Source: Mantamonas sphyraenae STR306 | Taxonomy: Eukaryota; Protista; CRuMs | NCBI GenBank assembly: GCA_026936335.1 | Contig: JAPMXV010000049.1 | Coordinates: forward strand, 310,001-374,000 | Direction of reading: 5' to 3' | Length of the DNA: 64,000 nucleotides | Shown: positions 44,801 to 59,800 of the stretch, in pieces | How positions within the stretch are numbered: the first letter of the stretch is position 1 | Layout: each line of letters opens with the position of its first letter | Translations under genes and position numbers: made by a program | The notes under the pieces: model-generated | The model's input: the letters and a program-made list of their open reading frames with translations, nothing else | The model's database searches: none | What the model was told of the DNA's origin: nothing

Positions 44801-47800
44801 CCTTGACTGTGGACATGCTGGATTCCAGTCCAAGCAGCTCTGTGCTGCGCCTCATAGATGTGGGTTCGAAAGAACCATTGCGTGCTTACAACAGCTCCGT
44901 GCAGATTATTCAGGAAAGCCCGCGCGGTGCGTGGAGGTCTTCTTCACGCATGCCCGCTCCGAATCTCGACGGCCAACTTCACAGCACGTTCGAAATCGCA
45001 TTCAATCTGCGCAAGATAACACCACAGCGGCAGTACTTGTTCACAGCTTCCGGATCGTGGCTGGGCACCAACGAGTGCTCCCCAAACGATCCAGAAGGCT
45101 TTTTCATTTGGGCGGAAAACACGGATCTCCATTTCTTCTTGGCCCAGAATAACCAAGCGTGTAAATTGTGTGACAACAGCCAGTGCGAGTACAGGTTTCC
45201 CAATGTGATTACGCACAACGTGACTCATCACTTTGTGATCACAGTCGAGCGCACGGCCGGCATCAATGTTTATCGCGATGGCAAGAAAGTGCTGGCGAAC
45301 ATTGCAATGGCACAAGGGGGCAGCACAGGCGACATCGCGGACGCTTACTTGGGACTGGGGAACATCGTTTCATCCTCCTCTGTGTTCCCGTATCTGATGC
45401 CCGATACGCAGATCACCCAGGCCACCTTTTTCCAAGCAAGCATGGCCAGAGCGACATACACCGACAACGCCGCGGTGCAACTGTACTACAACTTTCTGCA
45501 GCGCAAGGCGTTTGCTGCCGAAGGGGCGGGCACGTCGCGCACAGTGAATCTGGACCTGTCGCTGGTACCTGGTGGCAAGAAGGGTGTGGCGCTGCTGGAC
45601 AGTCTGGACGTAGGACCAGCCGAGCTGCTGAACACAAGCGCGCTGCACATCAAAATTGTGAGCTTGACAAGCAGCATGACCTCGCTGGGTACGTTGACCG
45701 TGGGTGGCGTCCCTGTAGTGGGCCAGTGCCAAGTGTTGAGCAACGTGGCGCTGTCGGATGCGCTGGAGCTCAGTAGCAACGGCCAATTGGGCACAGGCAA
45801 GGTTATCTTTAGCCTTGCAGTTGGGCACGAAGTCATCAGCGCCACTGAACACCAGGTGACGTTCACAGTGGTGCGGACGCTCGCTGCACAAAGCGTGGAT
45901 GCGTCCAACTCGCCCGTGTCTGCGCCTCCCGCAGCTGGTGTGTACGCCGGAGTCTCCGTTGACATCAACAGCACGGTGGTGCTGCGTGATAGCCAAAGCA
46001 ACCTGTTGTCGCCGCTGGAGACTGATCCGGTGACGGTGCTTTGCCAGATGGTTGCGCCGAACGGCACTGTGCTGGAAGCCAACGCCACAGCGATCAACTT
46101 TTACACACACACATGCCCGTTGTTCCCATTGACACAAGTGGGCAACTGGACACGGAAGGTGGTGGTCAACGGCTCGCTGGCTGGCAGCCCCAGCGAGGTG
46201 ACAGTGACGGTGCTCGCTGCGATCGCCTCGGCATCGCGTTCACAAGTAACCAGTCTCGTAGGTGGACCGGCAGGCAGCGGTGTGATTGCCACGTTGCAAC
46301 TGAAGGACGCGTTTGATAACGCAGCCACGCGGATGCCCGTCGTGTCAGCCAGCGTCGGCACGGTCGCGTCTGTGGACGAGAGCCAATCGCGTGTCGTCGT
46401 CAACATGACACAAGCCGGGTCACACACGCTGAACATCATGTTCAAAGAGGGTCCTGCCTTTGCGAGTCTCCCAGGAAGCAACAGCGTGGTGGTAACTCCC
46501 GCAGGAGGATTTGGATCGACAAGCGAGCTCGAAGGCATGCCTGGCACAGGCAACCATGCAGCCGGTGTTGTGTACACCGAAACTTTGATTGTTCGTGATG
46601 CGTATGGCAACATGCATACAGACCACAGTGCGCTGGCAAGCGTTGCCGTCAGCGCATCGCACACGACCACGACTGTGGGCGTGCAGGCACGTCCACAAGG
46701 AGGCAAGTATGATGTGTCGTACAATAGCACACTCGTGGGCACATTCACCGTGTCGGTGGCCGTGGCAAACGCGCACGTACTCCGGTCACCGTTCTCATTC
46801 ACGGTGGGACCCGGGGCAGTGTCGGGCAGGCACAGTACAGCAACTCTTGCATCTGGGGCGCTGAAACAGGCTTCACTTACAGAGGTGCACGTGGTACGCA
46901 GCACACTGCGCGATGCGTTTGGCAACGCCGTGCCAGCTCCGGCCTCGCTGTCGCCCCTTTCTGTGGTTGCGTCTTCACAGGTCAAGGCACATGTGGTCAA
47001 CGGTTCGGCGGCGCAGCAGGTGCCTGGAGCCGCCGAAACACAGGTGGTTGGCCTCACTGTGGCTGGCATCTATCACCTGACTGCGACTTGGGATGGTGAA
47101 GCGCTGCAGCAGTCGCCTGTGAGCGTGGGGATCCAGGCTGGACCGCGCCTGGCGCAAAACACAAGGCTGCTCGGGTTGGGCGCCTCGTTGAGCGTGGTCA
47201 CAGAAGGTGGCAGCTTTACAGTGCAACTGTGCGACAAATTTGACAACAACGCAACCGACACCGCGCCGCAAGGCAACATTGTGGTGCAGTTCAAGCAAGG
47301 CGCTGTCGTGCAGGGGACCGGCTCTGCAACGGCACTGCAACCAAACACGGCAGGTAGGCACTTTGTGCAGTTCAACATTGGTGCCAAGCCGCCGGGAAAC
47401 TACGATCTGTATGTTTTTGTGGACGGGACGCTGATATCGGGAAGTCAACCACGCGCATACACGTTCACTTCCGTGGCCACGTCGCCTGAACAGAGTATTG
47501 CGTATGGCACAGCTCTGCTGGCGTCTGTGGCAGGCACGCAGGTTTCGTTCACGGTGCAGCTGCGCGACCCGAACGGGAACAACCAAACGTCAACGCTGGA
47601 CTCGGTGACGTCCTTTGCCAGGGCAAACGCCCTTGTGGTTCCGGTGACCATGACGCCCGTGGTGCCTTCGTCGTTGGGCCGCTTCATGGGCACGTTCACG
47701 GCCACTGTGAGCAGGTCGTACTCGCTGACGGTCGAAGTCAACGGCGGCGACGTGTCTGGCAGCCCGTTCACTCATGTGGTGTCACCCGCAGCAACGTCGT

Positions 47801-50800
47801 CTGGTACCTCTGAAGTGAAAATACCGGTGGGCACAACGTACACGGCAGGCAGTGACCTTGCAGTGGACGTGATCGCTCGCGACGCGTTTTCGAACATGGT
47901 CACGAGCACGGACGACGTGGTGACGGTGACTGGTGTACTGACAGCACGCTCCGTGTCAAACACAGGGGCAGGTACATACCGCCTGATGTTGCGCAACGAA
48001 ACCGTGAGCCAAACATACACGCTACAGGTGATGCTCAACGGCGGAGCTGTGCCAACCAAAGTGCTTGCCTGTGGAACCCGTGCAGCCCGTGGCTACGCAG
48101 TCGAGCGTATCGGCCGCAGATGTGAGTGGTTCACACACAGCAGGCGTCATTCGCACGTTCAACATCACCACACGGGACGTGTACGGTAACCCGAGCACCA
48201 AGAGCACGCCGTCCATCAGCGCGACGTTCGGAGGCCAGGCCGTTGCCGCCAGCACCATGTCGGTGCAGCTTCATCCGTCGGGCGGATTCTTTGTGGGCAG
48301 CGTCAACTGGACTGTGGCTGGTACGTATCAGGTTTCTGTACGGATTGGCGTCCAAGACGTGGCCAACTCGCCGTTCGCCGTTGTGGTGTACCCGCCGCCA
48401 CCAGTGCCGTGCACTCGGTCACTTTCCAACCAGCCGAGCCGTTGCTGGCAGGAAATGGTGTGAGCATGACTGTACAGAGCCGCGATCAGTATGGGAACAA
48501 CGTGACGAGCTCCACGGACGTGTGGAGCATCGCGACGTTCCCGGTTTCTGGGTCGGCGACTATGCAGAGCATCGGCAGCGGACAGTACACAGGCACGGTG
48601 AACATCACCGTGGCAAGAGCATACTCTGTCAGCGTGCGGCTAGGCACTGTGCATGCGGCCGGATCGCCGTTTGCGCAAACAGTGGTTGGCAACCGTCCCG
48701 TGGTCTCAAAATCTGTGCTTCAGGGCACTCTGTTGAGCAGCCGTCGTGCTGTCGTGGGTGACACGGGCGTTTCCGTCAAAGTGTCTGTGAGCCTGGTGGA
48801 TGCGTACGGCAACGCAGCCACGGGCGTGGACACGGCTCAGTTGCACTGCGAAACTGGCGTGGCCTACGGGGGAAGCAACGGCGAGCATGTGTACGACACA
48901 AACCACACGGTGACGTACGAAGCACCCACAAATGCGTATTCGTGTGTCCCATCGACGCAGACCGCCTCGTTGCGCACGCTGCGCATCCGCTACACTGGGG
49001 TGCTGCTTGGCAACTCCCCATACCTTGTCTGGTTCGACAGTGATGCGCTGTCTACCGCAAAGAGCGTGGCAAGTGGTGCCGGACTGGCGTCGCGGTCTGC
49101 AGACGTGCCGTCCACAAGTGTCACCGTGGACGTGCTTCTGCGCGACTCTTTCCAGAATCTGGTCCAGGAAAATGGATGCGCATTCCGCGTCGATGGAAAT
49201 GCGTACGGGCAGAGCTCGCTTCCCATTGCCCTCTCTGGCTATACTCTTGGCTTCTGGTTCAATCTGGCGTCGTATCCGAGCGGTCCGAGCGAGCGGCGTA
49301 CGATGTTGAGTGTTTCTTCAGCCGGGCAGGCGCTGTCGTCGTTGCATGTGAGCATCGACAACAGGCAGAACCTGGTGATGGAAGTGTACGGTGTCAATGC
49401 CACTATGGACATCTCGGCGTGGGTGGTGCCCGGCACCTGGCATGTCCTGAGTATGCGGCTGTCCCCGTTGGGTGGCAACTTTGGTACACTCGAGGTGTCT
49501 TTGGATTTCGTGCACTCCAAAACCTTTCAGGAGCGTTCATGGTGGCTTCTTTGCCTGCAGCAAGCAAATTGGTGTTTGGTAACAGGCTCAAGGTGGACCA
49601 TAGCTCCCTTGAGGCGTCAATGGGCTTTGTGGGACTGCTAGACGAGCTGCTTGTGGCCGAAAGCAGCCTGGCGTTGTCCTGGCTGGACCTCCGTGGCACA
49701 AACAACATCCTTCGGTCGTACAGCCTCAGTTCTGCGCAGACACAGCAGACAATCGTTTCGATTTTTGCTCTGGACTCGTGTGATGGCGCAACCGACACCA
49801 CGACGTTCGGTTCACACACATCACAAATGTCACTTGTGTGGCAGGCGCCGTTGGTGAGCATGTGGACCGCGCGACGACATGGTCTGCCTTCAAACGTGGG
49901 CCAAGGAGCCGTGAGCGTCTACGCCGAGCGGGCTGTGTTGGGTAGCCCAGCTGTAGGCGTAGCAACTGCGTTCCCTGGCGTGTCAGAAGCCACCCTGAAG
50001 TGGACGTGGGATTCGACCGTCAGCGGTGACTACACTCTGGGAGTGCGTGTGGGCTCTGTGCATCTCACCAATAGCCCTTTCACAGTGACGATCACAAGCG
50101 GGGCGTATGATGCGTCCAAGAGTACTCTGACCGGTGTGGACCAGACGCAGGCCGTGGAACAACCAGCCAGTATCACAGTGACGTCGCGCGACCAGCACAA
50201 CAACCTCGTGGCGGGCAGCAATATCGCGTTTGCGATGAACATGACCCGTGTGCACGACGGATTCACGCTGAGCGCCCAGAGCGCTGCCGTGGGCAATGGA
50301 TTGTATGCCATGAGCGTACAAAATGTGACTCTTGCCGGATCGTACTCGGTCGTTGTGCGGAAAGTGGACAACAGTTCGCTCGTGACTGGCCAAGCGCACG
50401 TGCTCATTGTGGAACCTGGAGCCCTGCATGGACCTCGATCGCCCATTTGGGTTGCCAGCAGCACCGTGGGCGTGCAAACTACGGCGACGATCCAGACACG
50501 TGATGCGTTTGGAAACAATCGCACACAGGCTTCTGCGGCCGACTCGGTGGTTGTCAGTATGCAACGCACAGTACCCACATCTCCGCCCATCCAAATTGGT
50601 GTTGGATGTGTGCTCGGCGCACAGGGACAGCACACGTGCTCCTTTACAACCACTCATGCCGGCACATACACCCTCACGGCAACTGCCCAGGGCCTGGCTC
50701 TTGCCAACACACCCATGAGTGTGTTTGTGGCGCCGGGGCGTGCCAAGGCCACCACCTCTGTGCTGGTGGGGAACATGGCGCCTACGAGCACCGGCGCGGC

Positions 50801-53800
50801 ACACGTGACCCCGCAAACAGGAGACGGCCTTCGCGTGCTTCTGAAGGACCAGTATGGAAACAACGCCACCAACGAAGGAGTGTTGCTCAAGTTGCGCGTC
50901 GAACCGTACGGCGTCAGTCTGGACGGAGCCACGGTTGTGGAGGACATGAGCGGTGGCACACAGGTGGCTCCCTCTGTCTACGCCATGGCCATGGTAACAC
51001 GTGCGGCGGTGTATCGGTGCAAAGTTCGCGTGGATGGCGTGCCTGTGTCGGGCGACGACTTTTGGACGGTTGTGCGAGCCGACGCAGCCGACGCAGGCAG
51101 AGCGACGGCAACAGGTGCAGACGTGGTCGTAGCTGGACAACCCGCAAGTGTGGAGGTTGTGCTGCGCGACACGAACAGCAACGTGCGAGCACTGTATGGG
51201 TGCTCGCTGACGTTGCCCGGTGTCACGGGTACGTCCACCGCGCACACGTTTGCCTCGACACCACCGTTCGACAAGAACACCTTTTCGATGGCCATGTGGG
51301 TGCGCACTGTCGCATCGACAAACCCGAACAGCATGGTGCTGATCAAGAACGGCGCGCTGAATGGGATGGAGTGGTTGCTGGACAGCACCGGCTCGATGAG
51401 TCTGACTCTCGGCTCGACGAGTCTGAACCCGGCCGGCGTCCACGTACCTGCAGGCACGTGGACACATGTGGTGGTGAGCAAAGCCACGCAAGGCAACCCG
51501 TTGACCTTGATGGTCAACGGCAAGTCGGTGGGAAGCACCGCAGCCCCGCTGAACTCGTTCTTCAGCATGGTGAATGTGTGGACAGTGGGACCTGTGAACG
51601 GACGCACGATGTATGTAGACACGCTACTCGTGTTCTCCAAGGCTGTGGAAAACGCACAGGTTTCGGAGCTGATGTGGTTAGCTCCAAGTAGCGGTCTGAC
51701 AATCGACGCGGTGGATGGACTGGTGGCAGCGTACTCCTTTGACGAGTGCATGGGCACAGAGGCACATGCCATCAACTACACAGGTGCCGCCTTCCCTGTG
51801 TTGAACTTGTACAACGTCCAGGGCGTGCAGTACACGGCTTGGGAGGGAGTGCGTGCAGGTTACTTCAATGACTCGAGCACACATGTGTTGGAAGCAACGC
51901 CTGCATCCGCGCAGACAAACCTTCCCGCGCTCAAGACGTCGCGTGTCTTTGATGCAGCACAGGAGACAGCCGAGTTCACCGCGACTGTGGCAGGAACCTA
52001 CACGGTGCGCACGTTCGCAGGGGAAAGCCAAACACTGCAGGGACAACCCAAGAACACAGCGGTGGTGGCCAGTGCCGCCAGTGCCACCCATTCACTGGCC
52101 TACGGGGATGGATTGAGCACAGCGACCGCGGCCGCACAATCGTCGTTCTCGATTCGCGTACGCGACCAGTACGGGAACAACCGCAGTGCTGTGGTGGACC
52201 AACCCACGGTGGTGTTGTCACCTACAAGTGCCGGCGTGGCATCGGCTCAGGCCGTTGTAACACAGGCTGCAGACAAATCCTGGACTGCAACCTACGTGGT
52301 GAACGTCGCCACTTCCTACAACGTACAAATCACTGTGGGTGGCATGAATGGCCCCACCGTTGGGCAGCCGCTGTCTGTGGCACCTGCGGGTCTTTCCGTC
52401 ACCTCCACGCGCGTGTTTGGCGCCAATGAGGCGCAGACGCAGGCCGGCGCTGCCTCTTTGCTTTCGTTGCAGTGGCGCGACGTACTGCTTAACAACCTGA
52501 CCGAGGCGCCCGTGGACTTGAGGGCGCAGTTTGTGCACACCGAGGGCGCGTATGCAACCGTGAATGCATCGTCGATTGTCACGCAATCGACAAAGGGGCA
52601 ATCGCACGTCTCCTTCAACCTGACGCGTGTCGGCGTGTATTCTCTGCGCGTGCTGAGCGTGTCTGCTCCGTTTGACGCTGCACTTGCAAACATCACTGTG
52701 TTGCCCGCAAAAGGCAGCGCAGCACAGTATTCTGTGACGGGACCGAACAAGCTGGTCGCAGATGCTGGGTCGCAGAGCGTGCTCACGATTGTGGCACGCG
52801 ACGGCTTTGGCAACACCCTGAGCACCACCAACGATGTGTTTGACGTGCGTTTTGACCACACGACGCAAGCAAACGTGGCCTACACAGAGAGCACATTGGC
52901 ATCCATCAACCCAGGCCAGTACAGTGTGACGAGCAACATCACCATTGCTGGCGTCTACACCGCTTCAGTGCGTGTCAATCTGGATGCCAGCCTGCAGCAT
53001 GTGGCGTCGTCACCCTACACCCTGCGTGTCGACACGCTGCCCGTGTCGCTGGCACAGACGAGCGGAGAAACGACGCTGGTTGGCACAGTCGAGGCTGGCA
53101 CAAACACGCACGTGCGTGTGCAGCTGCGCGATGTGTTTGGCAACAACTTGACCAATAGCGATGTGCAAACGTGGACTGTGAGTCTGCAAACGCAATCCGG
53201 CACTCCGGTGGCCAATGTGGGCGGCGCCATGCAGAACCTGGGTAACGGCGTGCTGTACCGCACCCTCAACGTCACCGAAGCATCCACATACCTTGTCATT
53301 GTACGGCGTGGCACCGCGCAGGTGTCGCTGAATGGTCTTTCGCCACCCATTTCTGTTTCTGTCGGCGCATCCGCAGTGGATGGGCCCCGTAGCCAGGTGA
53401 CCGGCCTCGGCTTGAGCACAGTTGGTCTGTACGCCACGACAACCGTGTCTTTGAACCTGTACGATCGCTTTGGCAACGCAAGGCCCAATGCAGCAGACAC
53501 GGTCACGGCGGATCTTTCGGGTCAGGGACTTTCGGCCGTGGCCGGCGCTGGATCGTCGTACACGGTGGCATTTAGTGCCAACGCGGCCAATAACTACACA
53601 TTGAACATCCGCGTCGGCACTGCACACATTGCGGCATCGCCATACACAGTGGAAGCGCTGGCTGCGGCAAACATGACGGGTGTAATGCCGCTGCACGGCC
53701 CACAGACGGGTGGCACGGCGCTCACGGTGTATGGCAGCAACTTTGCCGACTGGGCACACACGAGCGTGGAGATTGGCGGCGTGCCGTGCACGGGACTGAC

Positions 53801-56800
53801 GTTTGTGAGCAAGTACGAGGTGCGCTGCACAGTGGCTCCGGGATCGGCCGGCGACAAGGTTGTGCGTGTGTCCAACAACGGCCTTAACTACACCACGCGG
53901 GCGGATTTGCTGTTTGGCTACTTGCCTGTGGAGACGGTATCATCGTTCTTCCCGAGGAATGGCCCCACGTACGGCAACGTGGACGTGACTGTGACGGGCA
54001 CCAACTTTGTGGATCTGCCTTCGCTGCGTTGCCGTTTCGGCAACGTCCTCACAGACAAACCCACTTTTGTGACATCCACACGCATTGTGTGTCTCTCGCC
54101 GCAGCAGGATCTGGGCCGCCAAAAAATCAGCGTGGCCAACAACGGTCAAGACTTTTCACTCGCATCCACAGGGGAGTTTGTGGTGGTCGCGCCGTTCTCG
54201 CCGTTGTGCCGCACCTCCGACGAGTTGGAAGTGGGCGTGGCCGAGCGCACAGAAAAGGGACTGGCGTACCTGCCCAACCTGGCAACCAACGCGACGGTAA
54301 GCGGACAGACGGGCACAGGCAATGGCGTAAACGCGACAGGGGTCGTGGACGCAGACCGATGTTGCCGCAAGACGGTGGCCAACGAGGGCTTCAAGTGTGG
54401 CCTCGCTTTCCCGCAGGTGCAAGACACGCTGGCCAGTGTGCAGGTGAGTCTGGACCGTGAGGCCTTTGTGAACGAGTTTGTGTTTTCGTTCTACCAGCCG
54501 TGCCGCAACCAGCCTCCCATCTACGATGTGCAGTACCTGGCACCAGCGACGCAGATGTGGACGACGGTTGTGGATCGCACGACAAAACTCACTGCATTTA
54601 GCAGTGCGACACAGCGCCCGTGTTTTGTGGTGCCCTCGGACGTGAACGACGTGTCTCTGTGCCTGGATTTCCTCACTAGCGAAATCCGAGCACAGCACTT
54701 CAGAGTCCGGTTCAACAACAGTCAGCCTGTGATGGGCACAGTACCCACAAGTACCGACGGTGGCTGGTTGTACGAGTTTGAGGTGCATGGCCAGTTTGTG
54801 GACACGCCTGTGTCGCTGCAAGTGTTGCAGAACTTTACCGGCGCTCCTGTCCTGGCCGCATCGACGAGCGTACCGCTGCCCGTGTTTAGTGCACGCACCA
54901 TGAACCACCAGGGACAACCGATTGGTGGCAACGACACAGCAACGACATGGGCAGTGGTTACGCTGGAACGCACGGGTGCACCGGGTGTGAATCTGACGGC
55001 AGCGCACTTGAACAACTCGGCAGTGCTTTTGAGCAACAGCGGCGTGGCCAACCTGACGGGGCTTGCACTGCACCAGCCTGTGGCACCAGACACGTACACA
55101 CTGACGATGCGCACCAACAACGGGCTGCCCGCTGTGCAAGCGCAGATTTCGGTCTTGCCAGGGGCCCCGACGCTGATTGAGCGCACGTGGCCCACATCAT
55201 CGCACCTAGGTGTACTGGAGACCATGGCAAGCGTGTCTCTGCCAACAGTACACATGCGAGTGAGGGATGCAGCCAACAACCCAGTGACGGTGTACCAGAC
55301 GATGGCCCTGAACATCACCGTGTCGTGGAGCGGCAGTGCAGGCGTACTGACAGGCAACTTGACGCTGCCTGTGGTTAATGGGGCCACCGTGGCGAGCGGA
55401 GTGCGTCTGCTTGCGCCCGTGCCAGGCAACTACTCGCTCGAGTTTGCGGCGAGTGGATTGACGAGCATGGTAGTGTCATTGGAGGTGACCAGTGGCCAGC
55501 CGTATGCATTGAGTGTGCTGAACGCACCGATTCCGAGCGTACCAACCTCTCTGGACATGCGCTTGAAAACGATACGCGTGGGAGTGTTTGATGTGAGCGG
55601 CCAGCGAACAGCGGTGAAGCAGGACACGGGCTACACCCTGCGTGTAGAACTGGTCAACACCACAGTGACCGCCCTGAGTGGAGTCACCGCAGTGACTCAC
55701 ACGCAGCCCAGCGGAGACTATGTGTTTGGGAACGTTCATGCGAGCAACCTGCCGACCGGCACGTATGTGCTGCGCTTTTTCAGCACCGATGTGGAGCTGG
55801 CCCAGAACGCAACTGTCCCCGTGTGGGTGCGTCCGGGCGATCCTGTGGCGTTGCAAATGGAGCTGCAGGGTGCCGGTACCAATCTGCCGTCGGCGGCTCA
55901 GACCTCAATTCCGAACGTGCTTTTGCGCACCTCCGATTCTGCCGGTGTATTGACGACGGCAGACACCTCGCAACGAACGTACACTGTCTCGTTGCATGCA
56001 AGCAGTGCGCAGAGCAACGTGTTGCAAGGCACCACACAGCGCACCACATCGACACTCTCGGCATTGTTTTCGGATCTGGCGTTGGCAGCGCCCACAGTGG
56101 GCACCTTTGTGCTGGAGTGCACGTCCACCGGGTTGATTTCTGCCAACGTGACGGTTTCAGTCGTGGTTGGGCCTCCAACACGCCTACAGATTGCGCAGCC
56201 GAGCAACGCCAGCGTGACAGTGACCACACAGCTGGTCACCCAGCTGCCATTTGTGTCGCTGGTGGCTTTGGACGCAGGAGGCAATGCTGTGGGCTCCTCA
56301 GATGCAGGGGTCAACCGCACAGTTGTGGCCAACATCACGAGCGCTGCGGCAGCAGCTGGGGCCAACCTTGCGTCCAGCAGCAGCACGGCGGTGATGGTCA
56401 ACGGCAGCGTTGTGTTTGCAGGCATCCAGATGCGTGGGCCGCAGCACGGCACCATTGCGCTGACGTTTGCGTCGCCTTTGTTGACATCTGCTGTGCTGAA
56501 CGTGACCGTGGTGGGCGGACCGCCCGCGTATCTGACTCCATTTAACGCAGCGGCCACGAGCGGTTCTGCAGTGTTGCAGACAGACGTGCGTGTGACGCTG
56601 CCTGTGCTGGAGTGGCAATTGCTGGACGCATCGCAGACACCGATTGCAGGTGTGGATTCGTCGTCGTACTCGGTTGCGCTGTTGCACCCGACGGCCAACA
56701 CCAGCAGCGTGCAGATGGAAGGCACGCTCGTGCATGCACCTACATCCGGCTCGGCCCGCGTGCGATTTGACAACATCACGCTGCTGCGTCCGGCGGTAGG

Positions 56801-59800
56801 CGGATACGAGCTGGTGTTTGGTTCGCGTGACGGATGGCAAGCGCAGGCAAACCGCACCGTGAGTGTGACTGTTGTGCCTGGGCCTGCGCGTGCATTGGGA
56901 CTTGTCAGCAGCACGTCGCTGGTGGTGCGCACACAGACCGATGTGGTTTTGCCAGTCATCACCGTGCGCGTGTTGGACGCCGTGGGTTCACTGGCAGCAA
57001 CCGGATCGCACACTACGGTGGGCGTGGAGTTGGTGCCTGTGAACGGTACCCAGGTGGGTCCCGGCAGCAACACGCGGCTGAGTGGCACGCTGAGTGTCAA
57101 CAGCACGTCGCGCACGCAAAGTCTCTCGAATCTGCGCATGGCTTCCCCACACAACGGTAGCTACAACCTGGTGCTGTATGCTCATGACTCACAGACCGGC
57201 GCGCTGAGCAACGTGAGCGTCGCATTGCAGGTGTTGCCTGGTCCTGCGGTGCGCCTGACGGCGTTGGGAGGCACAACGCTGGCCAATGTGTCGTCGGCCG
57301 CACGCTTGGACCTGCCAACCCTGCAACTGGGCGGACTGGACGCCACGAACGCGCTTGTGCAGGCATCTCTGTTTGCTGGGACGCAAGTGTCCCTGTCTCT
57401 GGTGGCGTGGCCAGGCGCGGTCAAACCTGTGCTTGTGGGCGAAACCACGCGTACAGCAAGTGTGTTTTCACCGTACGTGGCGTTTTCGCAGCTGGAGCTG
57501 CTGTCACCGTCTGTGGGCGTGTACACATTGCAGGTTACGGCTGCAGGCGGATCGGTGTTGCCTGCGTTGAACCTGACGGTGCGTGTGGTAGTTGGCACGG
57601 CGTCGTCGTTGCGACTGCGTGCAGGCACACCCAGCTCACTGGGTCCATTGGCCACCACAGTGGACACGGCGGTGCCTGCGGTTGTGCTGGAAGTGCGTGA
57701 CGGAGGAGGAAACGTGATGGGCGCGGCGGATACACAGGTGCGCGTGGTGACGGCGACGTTGCACACAAACGCATCACAGACAGCACCTGCACTCACGAGT
57801 GGCGTGTTGTCCGGTGTAGTGCAGCTGAACAGCAGCCAAGGCGAGGTGCGCTTTGGCAATCTGACTCTGGCGTCCCTGGCCGCAGGCAACTACACGCTTC
57901 GCTTTGCTTCCGCGGGTCTCACGGGCGACGCAGTGACGGTGCAGATGGTGGTGGGACCTGCGCATAGGCTGCGCATGGTTGCACCTGCGGACGGAGTGCT
58001 GCAGGTACCCACAGAGTCCCAAGTCGCGCTCGAGTCACTGCGCCTGGAGGTTGTGGATGCTGCAGGAGTGCGTACAGCGCAGCTGGGCACAGGCACAGGA
58101 GTGTCTGTGACGAGCAATGTGTCGCATGCGACACTTGGGCTGCAGGGCACGCTGGCGCAGACTTTGACACCTGGGGTGACCACCCTTTCGTTTGACGACC
58201 TGACACTGAGCAAGCCTCCGCTGGGTGCATACTTGCTGACCATTGGCAGCAATAGCAGCACGGACAGCGTGCAGTCGGCGTCGGTGTTGATTGTGGTGGT
58301 CGCCGGACCGTCGTATGCGCTGACAACGATGTACGATGGCAACGTGGGCGTGCAGTGGCCAAGCGCAGAGATCGTGTCGCTTGCCCCCGTGATGGTGGGT
58401 GCGCGCGACGTGGTGGGAACACAAACGTTCCCCGCTGCGCGTCCTGTACGCATCGACTGTGTGAACGGCTCGTCGGTGGTGCAGGGATCTGTGGTGGAAG
58501 TGAGCATGGTCAACGGCAATGCCTCATTTGCCAGCTTGCGCATGCCTGCACCGCGTGCCGGAGTGTACCTGTTGCGTGTGAGTTCCGGCTCGCTGTTGAC
58601 CGTGGATGTGCGCGTGACGATTGTGGTAGGACCCGCGGTGCGTGTGCAGCTGGTGCGCGCGAGTCAAGAAAGCACGGCGGACGCACACGAGCAACAAACG
58701 CTGCGTGCGGCTGTAAACACCCCTGTGGCCGCTGTGGGCGTCGAAGCTCGCGATGCAGGTGGAAGTGCGGTCGGCGTTGCGCAGGAGGGCTCTTTGGTAC
58801 GCAATGTGACGGTGTCGCTTGTGCGAAGCGGCGATGGCGTTGATGTGACGTCGAGCATTCTCGGAGGAACTCGCTTCTACGCCATGGCAGCGGGGCGAGT
58901 GGTGATCAATGACACGCGTCTGGTACGTCCCACGCCTGCATTGTATGCGCTGCGCGTGGAGGCATCCGGCCTGGGCTACGCCACCAATGATGTGGCGCTG
59001 GACGTGCGTGTGGGCGTGCCTGTGGCTGTGCGCGTGACGCAGGGTCTGCTGATGCCGCCCGCAGAGTACACATTGAGCAGCAATCGTGAGGTGACGCTGC
59101 CCGGCGTGAGTCTGATCCTTGTGGACGCCGGTGGGGCCTTTGTGGGTACGGAGGATGCGGCCACAGGCCGCTTGGCAAACATCAGCGCACCGACATTGAA
59201 CATTTCCACGAGCTCAACCACGTCGGCAACGGTGACGGATTCGCAGGCCAGTTTGGCCAGCCGACGTGTGTACGCACCCCGTCAGGGGGCACACAACATC
59301 ACCTTGTGGGTGTCTGGTGGAAGCGGCGGCAGCGCAGGTATGCTTCCGCCTGTGGTGTTGCGTGTCCGTGTGCTTCCTGGTCAGGCTTTGCACCTGCGTC
59401 CTGCGTCTCCGTCCACACTGCCACTGCCTGTGGGTGCGCCGTACGCCTGTGCCGACCAAGTGACGCTGCGGAATGTGTCTGTGGTGGCCGTGGATGCCGG
59501 TGGCGACTACACGCCACTTGCGCCGATGGCCACAGTCGAGGCCAGTGTGGTGTCGAGTCCAGGTGCGGTGGCAGGGAGTGTTTTGGGCCGTGCGCTGTTT
59601 GCCACGGTGCTGCGTGACGGCCGTGCCACGTGGGCTGGGTTTACGTTGACGCAACCTCCCAGCGGCCGCTACCGTGTGCGTCTTTCCTGCGGCTCGTTGA
59701 CACCGATGGAGGTGGATGCAGACGTTGTCGTGGGTGCGCCTGTGCGTGTGGACCTGCAGTTGCCCTCTGTTGAGGCTCAGGGCGCTGCCTCCTTGCGTGC

